This document shows, in pieces, positions 27,740 through 37,249 of a DNA stretch of 64,000 nucleotides. The notes below the pieces were generated by a model. It worked only from the letters and a program-made list of their open reading frames with translations. It searched no databases and was not told the DNA's origin. The stretch lies in IMG/VR virus record IMGVR_UViG_3300021963_000036; one strand, written 5' to 3'. The first letter of the stretch is position 1; the number at the start of each line of letters is the position of its first letter. This stretch comes from a virus. Its lineage: Duplodnaviria; Heunggongvirae; Uroviricota; Caudoviricetes. A program made the translations under genes and the position numbers.

Positions 27740-28889
27740 TAAAGTCTATATAGATTTTGATGAAAAAATTAATATGAGTTATGATCGAATTATCGTGTCG
27801 TCTGAACACGGTGGTAATGAGATTTTAACTGACCTGAAAGTTGTGTTTTATGGTAGTGTTTTAGCTACCGTTAAATCTGTTGATAATCTATTTGGCGAAA
27901 GCGCACCATACTCATCGTTTTTAGATATGTTGATTGCAGTAAAAGAGTGCGGTGATGAAAGTAACCGCCCTGTATACATTTACTGTGATTTTGAATCATA
28001 CTACAAACTAGCTAGTAAATGGCTTAAATTGCTTTTGCCTAATGCTACTACTACAGATGGATGGAAGTTTTTTAAATCACATATGTTCAAAGAAAAGAAC
28101 TTTATCAACAGCCGTATGTCAGCTACACAGCGATTCGCAAATAGTGTTTCTGAGACTTGGGCTTTAGAAGAAGCGCTATTCACAACTTGTTGGGAAGCAG
28201 ACGCAGAAATCAGATCTGACTATAAACAATTCATCGATTCTGTGAAATCAAAACTTAGAGTTGAGTTCCTATTAGCGTCTTATCTTTACGATGGCAGATA
28301 TGCTGAAGAATTAGCTTTTTGTATGTCTCCACTTATCAAGAAAGATATTGAAAAGTTTCTATACGAACATAAAGAAATTTTGCTTGTACACTTCCAAAAA
28401 CCACTGTTTCAACAGCTACTGCAAGTTCAAAACGGACCATATACGTTTGATAATTTTTATGATATGCCAAACGATCCAGCTCCAATGATCGAAGTAATGT
28501 GTCGTCCATCCATTTGGGGTAACACAAAGACGTCTATGTCTGCACCATCTGCTGCTGGCAATATCAACTTGCAAAATATTACAGCAGTTGACATTTCTGT
28601 TCTAAGGCAGTATAGTATTGTAACCGGCACAGTTTGGACTGATGAGCAATGGTATACTATACTGAGATCTGAAATAGATAAGCTAGATTTTATTCCATTC
28701 TTTGCTAATGGTGATGTCATTAGTGTTGCGGATATGCAGAAAGTTATCGATTATGAACTGCACCATCACAATCATGCTGCCGGTGCATTCTATGCTATCG
28801 ACCTAGGATCTGTCAATACATACTTCGTTGACTTTATCCTACAGAACCACCAAAATAAAGAACTCCTTCTTAAATATACGTTAGGTTAA
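27723..28889 (+). CDS. Hypothetical protein
   Basis: 388-aa ORF overlapping the upstream gene. Confidence 0.6.
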   Translation: MFHLFNKVYIDFDEKINMSYDRIIVSSEHGGNEILTDLKVVFYGSVLATVKSVDNLFGESAPYSSFLDMLIAVKECGDESNRPVYIYCDFESYYKLASKWLKLLLPNATTTDGWKFFKSHMFKEKNFINSRMSATQRFANSVSETWALEEALFTTCWEADAEIRSDYKQFIDSVKSKLRVEFLLASYLYDGRYAEELAFCMSPLIKKDIEKFLYEHKEILLVHFQKPLFQQLLQVQNGPYTFDNFYDMPNDPAPMIEVMCRPSIWGNTKTSMSAPSAAGNINLQNITAVDISVLRQYSIVTGTVWTDEQWYTILRSEIDKLDFIPFFANGDVISVADMQKVIDYELHHHNHAAGAFYAIDLGSVNTYFVDFILQNHQNKELLLKYTLG

Positions 28890-28891
28890 TA

Positions 28892-29374
28892 ATGCTTGAG
28901 AACTTTTTATTGAATGGATTCGCGACTGGTATTATGCAGTCTGATTTGGCTTTTTTGTTTAAGAGATTCCAGTTTGCTGATTGCAACGATGGTGATTCTG
29001 AGATAGACCCTGAAGCAGTAAACTTGCTAAATGCACTACACTCATTCATCAGCAATACTTATGTGTCACCTCTATTTAGTGAATACACCATTGCGCGAAG
29101 CTGTATGTGGACCGGCGTGGATAGTCTATCTAAAGACTGGCATAATGATAACTGTGCAGAGTTCAACAGCAATTTCTTAATATATCTAGACGATGGGGAG
29201 ACCTACGGTAACTCTATTGAGATCAAAACACCTTCTGAAGAGTTTAAAATCTATCCAAAGAAGAATCAATTTGTATGGTTGAACCAAGACAAAAAATTCT
29301 TGCACAGAGCTACTCATGTCAGTGGTCCTAGACGCCTGTTGTCATTCGAGTTTAAGATACCAGCCATTCCATGA
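28892..29374 (+). CDS. 2OG-Fe(II) oxygenase
   Basis: WHND...LIYLDD...LHRA...GPRR (HxD...H...R). Confidence 0.7.
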   Translation: MLENFLLNGFATGIMQSDLAFLFKRFQFADCNDGDSEIDPEAVNLLNALHSFISNTYVSPLFSEYTIARSCMWTGVDSLSKDWHNDNCAEFNSNFLIYLDDGETYGNSIEIKTPSEEFKIYPKKNQFVWLNQDKKFLHRATHVSGPRRLLSFEFKIPAIP

Positions 29375-30381
29375 GCATATATGATGTAATTGGCCAGAAG
29401 GTCATTGATTACGCAGAAATCGTAGTCTGTTTATTTGAACATTGTAATCTTGCGTGTGTATTCTGTCCTCAGGATCACCGATCAATAGTTGGCGCGAGTA
29501 GAGAAGAAATACTTGCGAAGGTCGATAGCATAGCCGAGTGGATAAACAACAACAAAAGATCAAAGCATTTTAAGATCCACTTGATGGGTGGTGAGTTGTT
29601 TCAGGACCATTGGATAGAACGCGGTTTTCTTGACATCTACCAAGAGTTTATAGAAAGCATTCGTAACAAAGTGATTGGCGACAAATTTGTTGAAGCCAAC
29701 TTTATCACTAATCTATTGTTTGATGATGTAGAAACGATTCAGTCATTCTTAGAAGAACACGACTACATCATATCTGTATCGTACGATCCGACTGGCAGAT
29801 TTAACAACGATCAACTAGAACAGTTTAAGTCTAACGTAGTTCTGCTAAAAGATCGAATTCGAATGATCAGTTGTGTTGCGACTAAGCAAAGCATTAAGCG
29901 TATCATAGACGGTGATACGTTCTTTGATTATCTGTATGCTAACTTCCCGTGTGATTTTGATTCGCTTATTCCAGCTGTTAGCACATCAGAAGCACTGATG
30001 CCAAGCGAGACTGAGATGCTGGCATTCTACAAGCATCTTGTCGACAACTATCCTGACTGTATAAATATTGCGTACTTCACTGAAGATACTCCGACGAATA
30101 AGATGTCATGTACTAGAGGTAATAGTTATACTGTATTACCTACCGGTCCAGTTCCAATTGGGTGCTCTGGCTCTATATTTCTAACGAACCCATCATCGAA
30201 CGATCTATTCTCTGGTATGATAGTAGAGAAGTTTATCAATCGGTATAATTGCTTTGAATGTGAGTTCTACAAGAAGTGTCCATTTACATGCTTTATTAAA
30301 AATGACTACTCTAAGATAAAAAGAGACCTAGGTGAATGTGTTTTCAAAGAGACCTTTAAGTATGTTGAATCAAAAAGTTAA
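29371..30381 (+). CDS. Radical SAM protein with SPASM-like C-terminus
   Basis: CNLACVFC, LMGGEL, CFECEFYKKCPFTC...C. Confidence 0.8.
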   Translation: MSIYDVIGQKVIDYAEIVVCLFEHCNLACVFCPQDHRSIVGASREEILAKVDSIAEWINNNKRSKHFKIHLMGGELFQDHWIERGFLDIYQEFIESIRNKVIGDKFVEANFITNLLFDDVETIQSFLEEHDYIISVSYDPTGRFNNDQLEQFKSNVVLLKDRIRMISCVATKQSIKRIIDGDTFFDYLYANFPCDFDSLIPAVSTSEALMPSETEMLAFYKHLVDNYPDCINIAYFTEDTPTNKMSCTRGNSYTVLPTGPVPIGCSGSIFLTNPSSNDLFSGMIVEKFINRYNCFECEFYKKCPFTCFIKNDYSKIKRDLGECVFKETFKYVESKS

Positions 30382-32110
30382 TATAGCGTTTATCAACCCG
30401 CCTCATGCTGATTGGTGTTTGGCAAATAACGCTGCGTATCTGATGTTTCAAAGTCACTACAGTAGATACGGTAAGTTTGGTGATAAAGTAAACTGGATTC
30501 CGGCTCCGTATAAGTTCAACGAGTATCAATCTATTGAAGACATCTATGAAGAAGTAAAAGATGCCGACATCTTCTTATTCTCTAGCTATATCTGGAACTA
30601 TGACATATGCGACTCGTTATGTTCATTTGTCAAAGATGTTAAGCCAAATGCAATTTGTGTATTAGGTGGTCCGCAGATTGGTACTAACGATGCCGAATTT
30701 TTAAACTCTCGACCGGCATATGACTTCATACTTAAGCCGACTAAACCTGGAGAAGAGTTTGTAAAAGATCTGATCGACTCATACTTCGAGAATAATAAAC
30801 AACCGAAGCGTGAAGATCTATCATGGGAACTGAACAGTGAGAAAACTTGCCCGCAATTCATGCAAGACTATAGTGTATATAGCGAACACTTCGACTATTT
30901 GAAAGAGACACGAACCTACGCTCAAGACAACTACCTTGAACCGTTCTGTATTTTAGAAACCACCCGTGGGTGTCCATACAGTTGTAGTTTTTGCGAATGG
31001 GGAGGTGGCATTGGATCTAAGGTATACAAAAAACCAACGGATGTTGTGAAGCAAGACATCCTTGCTCTTAGAGATGCTGGCTTCAGAGACATGTATCTAA
31101 CAGATGCAAACTTCGGAGCCTTTGTCGAAAGAGACATGGAAATCTTTAAGTTTGCATATGATAACAAAGCAAACCTCACCGACATTAGTACAATGAAAAG
31201 TAAGGATCTAGCCAGACGTATCAGTTTGGTTGATGCTTGCTTCAACGTAGTTGGAACTGGTCCCGAGATGCATAGCATATCTACTACCAAAAAAGAAGGC
31301 GGGTTTATCCTTGTAGCAGGAGCACCAGAATATACCGCGCAGGTTAATGAAGGAAATCCATACATCAGTATAGTACCAACCGTCAGCCTGCAAAGTGTCA
31401 GTGAAGAAGCTATGAAGGTTGCTGCAAGGGTTGACTTGAAGCTAGATGATAAGTTGAAGTTAAGCGAACACATCAATAAAAGATGTCACGAACAGGGCTA
31501 TCCCGTGCCAGCGTTAGAGTTGATTTTAGGTATGCCGGGAAGTACGAAAGACGACTTCTATAGAGAGTTCGATATACTATGGAACTTTAAGTCGTGGAGT
31601 AGTTTCAGACATGATTATATGTTTTTGCCGGATTCGGCCTTGACAAACCCAGAATACATCAAGAAGTATAAGATCGAACTAGTAGAAGTTTACACCGATC
31701 TTATTGACGAAGAGGGTGTTGACAATCAGTTAAGTTTCTACAAGTCGAAGAGAAATCGGTTTAAGACGATATCGTCTTGCTACTCATACAGTTACACCGA
31801 CATGTGCGAAATGTGGTTTATGAATATCGCTGGTAATACTCTGTTGAAAGAACTTTACCACCTATTTGAAAATGATATAACTCCTGGAAATTTCGGTAAA
31901 CTATGTTACGAAATAATTTCAAGACTCGACGATTATAAACCAATACGCGATGAGATCGCAGATATATTGAATCCTGCAACACCTGCTAGAAATATTAAGC
32001 GCTTAGATGGTGTGCTTAGAAATCAGACTATTAACAATCTACTAGATAAGTATAAAACAATCATAATATCAGAGATGTTTAAACATCTTCATGTTAAGGG
32101 TGCAGCATGA
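30362..32110 (+). CDS. B12-binding radical SAM protein (paralogue of 6427..8445)
   Basis: FLFSSYIWN...VLGGP and RGCPYSCSFCEWGGGIGSK. ATG at 30362. Confidence 0.8.
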   Translation: MLNQKVNIAFINPPHADWCLANNAAYLMFQSHYSRYGKFGDKVNWIPAPYKFNEYQSIEDIYEEVKDADIFLFSSYIWNYDICDSLCSFVKDVKPNAICVLGGPQIGTNDAEFLNSRPAYDFILKPTKPGEEFVKDLIDSYFENNKQPKREDLSWELNSEKTCPQFMQDYSVYSEHFDYLKETRTYAQDNYLEPFCILETTRGCPYSCSFCEWGGGIGSKVYKKPTDVVKQDILALRDAGFRDMYLTDANFGAFVERDMEIFKFAYDNKANLTDISTMKSKDLARRISLVDACFNVVGTGPEMHSISTTKKEGGFILVAGAPEYTAQVNEGNPYISIVPTVSLQSVSEEAMKVAARVDLKLDDKLKLSEHINKRCHEQGYPVPALELILGMPGSTKDDFYREFDILWNFKSWSSFRHDYMFLPDSALTNPEYIKKYKIELVEVYTDLIDEEGVDNQLSFYKSKRNRFKTISSCYSYSYTDMCEMWFMNIAGNTLLKELYHLFENDITPGNFGKLCYEIISRLDDYKPIRDEIADILNPATPARNIKRLDGVLRNQTINNLLDKYKTIIISEMFKHLHVKGAA

Positions 32111-32628
32111 TGAAAGACATTACCATAAAGGGTTTTATCAAGTTTTCAGAGCCTGAAGCACTGGGTCTCATTAACGTGTCAGAATTTAGACTTCTAAACA
32201 CCGAAGAGCGTTCTCGCGATAACGGTGAGAAGGACATCCACCCCGAACTAAAAAGTCGAATGAACATCTTTGCGCAGTATTTGACTCACAAGTATATCTT
32301 ACCTGAGTGGCCAACTGCAAGATATAATAAATTCTTAATATGGGACGGGGTTGATGCTGATAACCAAGGTTGGCATACTGATATGTTTGAAGGATACGAC
32401 ATATTCTTTCTATACTACTTCGACACTCAGCATCCAGATACAGGTGGATCTATCAATTTCAAATGGCGTGATGATACAGGTACTGAACAGACTGCTCAAT
32501 TTTATCCACAAGCTGGCGATTTGTTTATGGTCAATAATTGTAGAGGGTTCTGGCATCGAGCGGAGTCAACTAAGATTACTCGACGAGTAGCCAGTTTCGA
32601 TTTTAACGTGGGGTTGATCGATGACTGA
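32107..32628 (+). CDS. 2OG-Fe(II) oxygenase
   Basis: GWHTD...LYYFD...TGG...WHRA...RR. Confidence 0.7.
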   Translation: MMKDITIKGFIKFSEPEALGLINVSEFRLLNTEERSRDNGEKDIHPELKSRMNIFAQYLTHKYILPEWPTARYNKFLIWDGVDADNQGWHTDMFEGYDIFFLYYFDTQHPDTGGSINFKWRDDTGTEQTAQFYPQAGDLFMVNNCRGFWHRAESTKITRRVASFDFNVGLIDD

Positions 32629-32926
32629 AACGGAAGAGTTACTAAAGAAGAAAGAAGACCTTAGTCAAGAGCGAGATCTTTGCGCTGAGGTTTACAACGT
32701 ATGGATTACTAAGATGCATGATCATCAAGACAATCCAGAAAAGTACAAAATGTACATGGATATGATCCAAGTGATGGAACCTTACGGTCAAGTAATCAAA
32801 GCAGAGATCAGAGACATAAATCGCAGGCTGTGCGAGATAGAAGGTGTTGACTCTATCGATCAAACCAAGTATATTAGAGAATGCAGTTATAAGTATGGAA
32901 AAGATCGTCCTAACGCAGACGTTTAA
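32621..32926 (+). CDS. Hypothetical protein
   Basis: 101-aa helical ORF coupled to its neighbour. Confidence 0.55.
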   Translation: MTETEELLKKKEDLSQERDLCAEVYNVWITKMHDHQDNPEKYKMYMDMIQVMEPYGQVIKAEIRDINRRLCEIEGVDSIDQTKYIRECSYKYGKDRPNADV

Positions 32927-32938
32927 CAAAGTGACATA

Positions 32939-33976
32939 ATGGACCTAATAATCAAGCCGACAGAAGTGTGCAACTTCAAATGCACGTTCTGTTCGTCAAC
33001 AAAAATATCTGCAGATCATACAAGTCAATTAGACTTAGATCGAGTGTACCGTTTTCTCAAGAGATATCCGAACACTAACACAATAATTGTGAACGGCGGA
33101 GATCCTTTGATGATGAGTCCAGCTTACTACTGGAGACTCATCAAGCATCTCGATGATAACAACTACCCAGCGACGATATCGCTTACGACTAACCTGTGGC
33201 CATTCTATAAGAATGTGTCAAAGTGGAAACAGTTATTTCTTCATCCTCGTATAGGTGTAGCAACGTCATTTCAGTATGGCAATGGTAGACTGAAAGGTGA
33301 TTATTCAGTCTTCACTGAAGAAGACTTCTGGGCTGCTTCGAATTCGATGTTGGAACATGTTGGATACCGACCAAGCTTTCTAGCTGTGATCACCGAAGAA
33401 AACGAAGACAGCGTGATACAGACTGTTGAGTTAGCTAAGAAGATGGACGTGGTCTGCAAAGTTAACTATGCTATGGCAAGTGGAGATCAAGACAAGCCGT
33501 ACAGATTGTCAAAGATCTACGAGAAATACATTGAGATATGGAAAGCCGGACTGGCACCATGGGAGCATAACACTCAACAGATGTTGAAGCGTCTAAAGGG
33601 TGAAAACACAATCTGCCCACAGAGTAGAACATGTGACTCGCATATTAGAAATATCAATCCAGAAGGAGACTACTATTCATGTGGTTCGTTTGGAGATGAC
33701 AAAGATAAGTCTATAGATTTTGAATACGAGATGGCAGGAGGATTCTCTACTCCACTAACTGATGACTTAAACTTACTATCTCTGAAAAGATCGTGCTTGA
33801 CGTGTCCAATGTTTGAAATATGTAATGGTTGTAGAAAGACTGTAAAGGACCTAAAGAACTTTGGGATGGTTGAAGAGCATTGCCGCCATATGAAACAACT
33901 TGCGCCAGAAATTATTCTAGCAAATGGATTAACTCTAGAGCCAACTCCATATGTGGATGAATCATGTATACTGTAA
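32939..33976 (+). CDS. Radical SAM/SPASM protein
   Basis: CNFKCTFC, VNGGDPL, CPQSRTC...SCGS, CLTCPMFEICNGC...C. Confidence 0.85.
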   Translation: MDLIIKPTEVCNFKCTFCSSTKISADHTSQLDLDRVYRFLKRYPNTNTIIVNGGDPLMMSPAYYWRLIKHLDDNNYPATISLTTNLWPFYKNVSKWKQLFLHPRIGVATSFQYGNGRLKGDYSVFTEEDFWAASNSMLEHVGYRPSFLAVITEENEDSVIQTVELAKKMDVVCKVNYAMASGDQDKPYRLSKIYEKYIEIWKAGLAPWEHNTQQMLKRLKGENTICPQSRTCDSHIRNINPEGDYYSCGSFGDDKDKSIDFEYEMAGGFSTPLTDDLNLLSLKRSCLTCPMFEICNGCRKTVKDLKNFGMVEEHCRHMKQLAPEIILANGLTLEPTPYVDESCIL

Positions 33977-34875
33977 GTATCAACCCGTCATACTTCTGCA
34001 ATTTCAGTTGTGATTTTTGTTATCTAACTGACTCTCAACTTCGTGATACGAAAAAGATAAGTTTAGAGAAATTAGATGAATTACTGAGTCAAGTACCTGG
34101 CATAGAACATATTGATCTTTATGGCGGTGAAATCGGTGCGCTGAAGAAAGATTACTTCTATTTGATGAAGGACGTAATTCGAAAGCATTACAACGGAGAC
34201 ATCAATATCATCACAAACTACTCAATGATCCATGACGGTTTCTATGAAGACGATGTATACCTCTCAGTGTCTTATGATTTTGAAGCAAGAGAAAAGTCTG
34301 AACTGGTCTATAGGAACATGCTCATGTCGCCCGTTCCTATCGCCGTACTCATACTTGCTTCGCCAAAGGTATTACAGATGAATGTTGAAGAGATGATATC
34401 GATGCTGAACATGTGTTCTTCTATTGAGTCAGTAGAGATAAAACCGTATTCAATAAACCAAGCCAACTCATTTAAAGTTACACACCAAGATTATGAGAAC
34501 TTTGTTATCAAGTGGTTAACAGCTATCACTACAAAGAAGTTTCAGTTTATAAATGAGTCTCACATTCAGAATTCATACAATGGTAACTATAATGCGTTCT
34601 CTGATAACCACGTCTACATTACGCCAAATGGAAAGTTTGGTGTACTTGAATTCGATAAATATGATAGAGAGTACTTTTTAGAACTTGATTCTTGGGGTGA
34701 ATATGTATCATGGGCGCAAAAGGAAAAGACTGAGCTAAGTGATATTTGTAAGGAATGTAAATACTACGGCGGATGTCTAACTGAACACTATAGATATGTA
34801 GAAAATTTAGACACTAGCTGCAATGGATACAAAGGGCTTTTAGATTGGTATGGCTATGCAAGAATGGAAAGTTAA
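33964..34875 (+). CDS. Radical SAM protein with partial SPASM-like C-terminus
   Basis: CNFSCDFC, LYGGEI, CKECKYYGGC...C. Confidence 0.8.
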   Translation: MYTVSINPSYFCNFSCDFCYLTDSQLRDTKKISLEKLDELLSQVPGIEHIDLYGGEIGALKKDYFYLMKDVIRKHYNGDINIITNYSMIHDGFYEDDVYLSVSYDFEAREKSELVYRNMLMSPVPIAVLILASPKVLQMNVEEMISMLNMCSSIESVEIKPYSINQANSFKVTHQDYENFVIKWLTAITTKKFQFINESHIQNSYNGNYNAFSDNHVYITPNGKFGVLEFDKYDREYFLELDSWGEYVSWAQKEKTELSDICKECKYYGGCLTEHYRYVENLDTSCNGYKGLLDWYGYARMES

Positions 34876-35254
34876 ACAAGAAATCTATCATAGACTCAAT
34901 CAAGAGTACACTGATGATTTAAACAGTGTTGACATTACTATAAGCGAAGATTACAGCGATATCGTTCGACACTTCCACGAAAAGGTTGATGAATGGATAT
35001 ATCCAGCTAAGAGTTATTTTGTCGCAGTATGTTATGCAAGTTGGATCAGTTCTGACTACGGCGAAGATCTTATTGACTTACTCAAAGATTCGATGTTACT
35101 TGCTGGAAATGATCCATATTTTGTAACTTACAATCAAGATCCTGAGACGTACGACAAAATCTTAAACGACATTACATTACCACTAAAAATGACTGGTATG
35201 GTGCCAGATGTGAGGGAATATTACAATGAAGAGATTGGATTTAGGATTCAATAA
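34850..35254 (+). CDS. Hypothetical protein
   Basis: 134-aa ORF overlapping both neighbours. Confidence 0.55.
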   Translation: MAMQEWKVKQEIYHRLNQEYTDDLNSVDITISEDYSDIVRHFHEKVDEWIYPAKSYFVAVCYASWISSDYGEDLIDLLKDSMLLAGNDPYFVTYNQDPETYDKILNDITLPLKMTGMVPDVREYYNEEIGFRIQ

Positions 35255-35795
35255 TCTTTACCCAACTTCGGTGTACTTATCGAAGATTAGTAAAGAAGAT
35301 TGCGAAACTATACTGACAGGTGTCATGTCAAACGAAGTTGTTACCTCTCCGGGTGATGATGACGCTTCACTCGTAATACATAAGATACCAAGACTTCGTG
35401 AACTTGCAGAAGAAAAGTTCGCTGAGTACCTCGATAAGGTGTGTGGTATTAGCCTTTATGACTACGAGTTTAAGTTCAAATCATGGTTGACTGGTAGTCG
35501 TGGCGGCTACAGTATGGATACTCATAACCATGCCGGTTCGCCATTTGTTGCTGTTTTCTATATCATGGCTGAGCATGAAGACAAAGGTGGAGAGATTGTT
35601 TTCAGTGATCCTCGAACCAACGCAAACCGCGGATATACTTTAGAATTCCAACAGCAGTTTAAGCCGACTGTTCATATGCCACAGACTGGAGATGTTGTTG
35701 TTTTTCCAGGTTTTCTATATCACCATGTCAGAAGATATGATTCAACTCTGCGCATAGCACTACCTGTCGATTTGTTTCTATACGATCACGATTGA
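35226..35795 (+). CDS. 2OG-Fe(II) oxygenase (TIGR02466-like)
   Basis: THNH...VAVFY...GGEIVFSDPR...GDVVVFPGFLYHHV...RI. Confidence 0.75.
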   Translation: MKRLDLGFNNLYPTSVYLSKISKEDCETILTGVMSNEVVTSPGDDDASLVIHKIPRLRELAEEKFAEYLDKVCGISLYDYEFKFKSWLTGSRGGYSMDTHNHAGSPFVAVFYIMAEHEDKGGEIVFSDPRTNANRGYTLEFQQQFKPTVHMPQTGDVVVFPGFLYHHVRRYDSTLRIALPVDLFLYDHD

Positions 35796-35814
35796 TATTT
35801 TAATATGGAAATAG

Positions 35815-35822
35815 TATAAATA
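35815..35822 (+). promoter_or_regulatory. T4 late promoter
   Basis: Intergenic TATAAATA before gp13. Confidence 0.8.
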
Positions 35823-35843
35823 TCATTAAAGCAGGAGAACATC

Positions 35844-36584
35844 ATGGCTCAACCAACATCACGTACGGAATTCAAAGAATATTGCTTACGCAAATTGGGT
35901 AAGCCAGTCATTGAAATCAACGTCGACGACGATCAGATTGAAGATCGAATTGACGAAGCACTCGCATACTATTGGGACTATCACTTTGATGGCACTGAAA
36001 AAATGTACGTGAAATACCAGATGACTCAAACTGACCTCAACAACGGTTATATTCTAGTTCCAGAAAACGTGATTGGTGTCGTGAATCTATTTCCCATTGC
36101 TGGCAATCTAACAGGGTCTGGTATCTTTAGTGCTACCTACCAGTTTGTTCTAAACAATCTTCACGACTTTGTCAACTATGATCTAATCAACTATTACATG
36201 TCTTTCCAACATCTTGCCTTTATGCAAGAGACGTTAAGTGGTCGTCAGCCGATTCGTTATAATCGTAATCAGAACAAGCTTTACATTGATATGAATAAAG
36301 ACAAGATCAATGTCGGTGAGTTTATCGTTTACGAATGCTACCAAGTCTTAGACCCAGTTACTTACGCAGATGTATGGAAAGACCGTTGGCTTCAAAACTA
36401 CGCAACCGCGAAGATCAAGTATCAGTGGGGTGCAAACCTTACTAAGTTCATCGGTATGAACCTTCCAGGCGGCGTACAGTTCAATGGTGAAAAGATTTTG
36501 AACGACGCTGATGAAGAAATAAAGAAGATGGAACAAGAGATGCTTTCGAGTTATTCTCTACCAATTACTGACATGATCGGATAA
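35844..36584 (+). CDS. gp13: Neck protein gp13
   Basis: YCLRKLGKPVIEINVDDDQIEDRIDEAL...KYQWGANL.KF.G..LPGG. Confidence 0.9.
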   Translation: MAQPTSRTEFKEYCLRKLGKPVIEINVDDDQIEDRIDEALAYYWDYHFDGTEKMYVKYQMTQTDLNNGYILVPENVIGVVNLFPIAGNLTGSGIFSATYQFVLNNLHDFVNYDLINYYMSFQHLAFMQETLSGRQPIRYNRNQNKLYIDMNKDKINVGEFIVYECYQVLDPVTYADVWKDRWLQNYATAKIKYQWGANLTKFIGMNLPGGVQFNGEKILNDADEEIKKMEQEMLSSYSLPITDMIG

Positions 36585-36589
36585 ATGAA

Positions 36590-37249
36590 TTGGCAACGAA
36601 CTTTTACTTCAGTAACTTTTCTAACTCGATGGAGCAAACACTTATCGAGGATTTGATTATTGAAAGCATTCGTATTCATGGTGTTGATATGTGGTACTTG
36701 CCTCGAGTGCTCGGTGCTAAGGATGACTTACTAAACGAAGATGATCTTCCGATCTTCAACAACGCATATCAGATTGAGATGTACATCAAGAACGTCGAAG
36801 GCTTTGGCGGTGATGGAGAATTCCTATCTAAGTTTGGCCTACAGATCAGAGACTCTGTTACTTTCTCTGTTGCTATGAGACGTTATGCTGAAGATGTTGG
36901 AAGATATGACGAGCAGGTCAGACCGAATGAAGGCGATTTAATCTACTTCCCACTCAATCGCAAAATGTATGAAGTGATGTTTGTAGATAACAAGCCTATC
37001 TTCTATCAACTCGGTGCGCTTCAGATGTATGATCTTCGCTGCGAACTGTTTGAATTCTCGAACGAGAGATTCAATACTGGTGTTGAAGAGATCGACATCA
37101 TCTCAGCTAATCTTATCACAACCGCAAATAACACAATGGCTGGCGTTGAATCGATTGACTTTGCTGCTGACAACCTAACTATCGAAAATGTTGCTGATGG
37201 TATTCTCGACTTCACTGAAGAAAACCCGTTTGGTGAGGAAAATTACTAA
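36590..37249 (+). CDS. gp14: Neck protein gp14
   Basis: EQTLIEDLIIESI...SKFGLQIRD...RPNEGDLIYFP...ENPFGE. Confidence 0.9.
   Translation: MATNFYFSNFSNSMEQTLIEDLIIESIRIHGVDMWYLPRVLGAKDDLLNEDDLPIFNNAYQIEMYIKNVEGFGGDGEFLSKFGLQIRDSVTFSVAMRRYAEDVGRYDEQVRPNEGDLIYFPLNRKMYEVMFVDNKPIFYQLGALQMYDLRCELFEFSNERFNTGVEEIDIISANLITTANNTMAGVESIDFAADNLTIENVADGILDFTEENPFGEENY

Noticed and set aside
6427-35795. rSAM islands as a 7-deazaguanine (QueE) or anaerobic RNR-activase pathway
   Set aside because: No QueC, QueD, FolE, DpdA or NrdD genes are in the window, and the SPASM/B12 architectures do not fit those enzymes.
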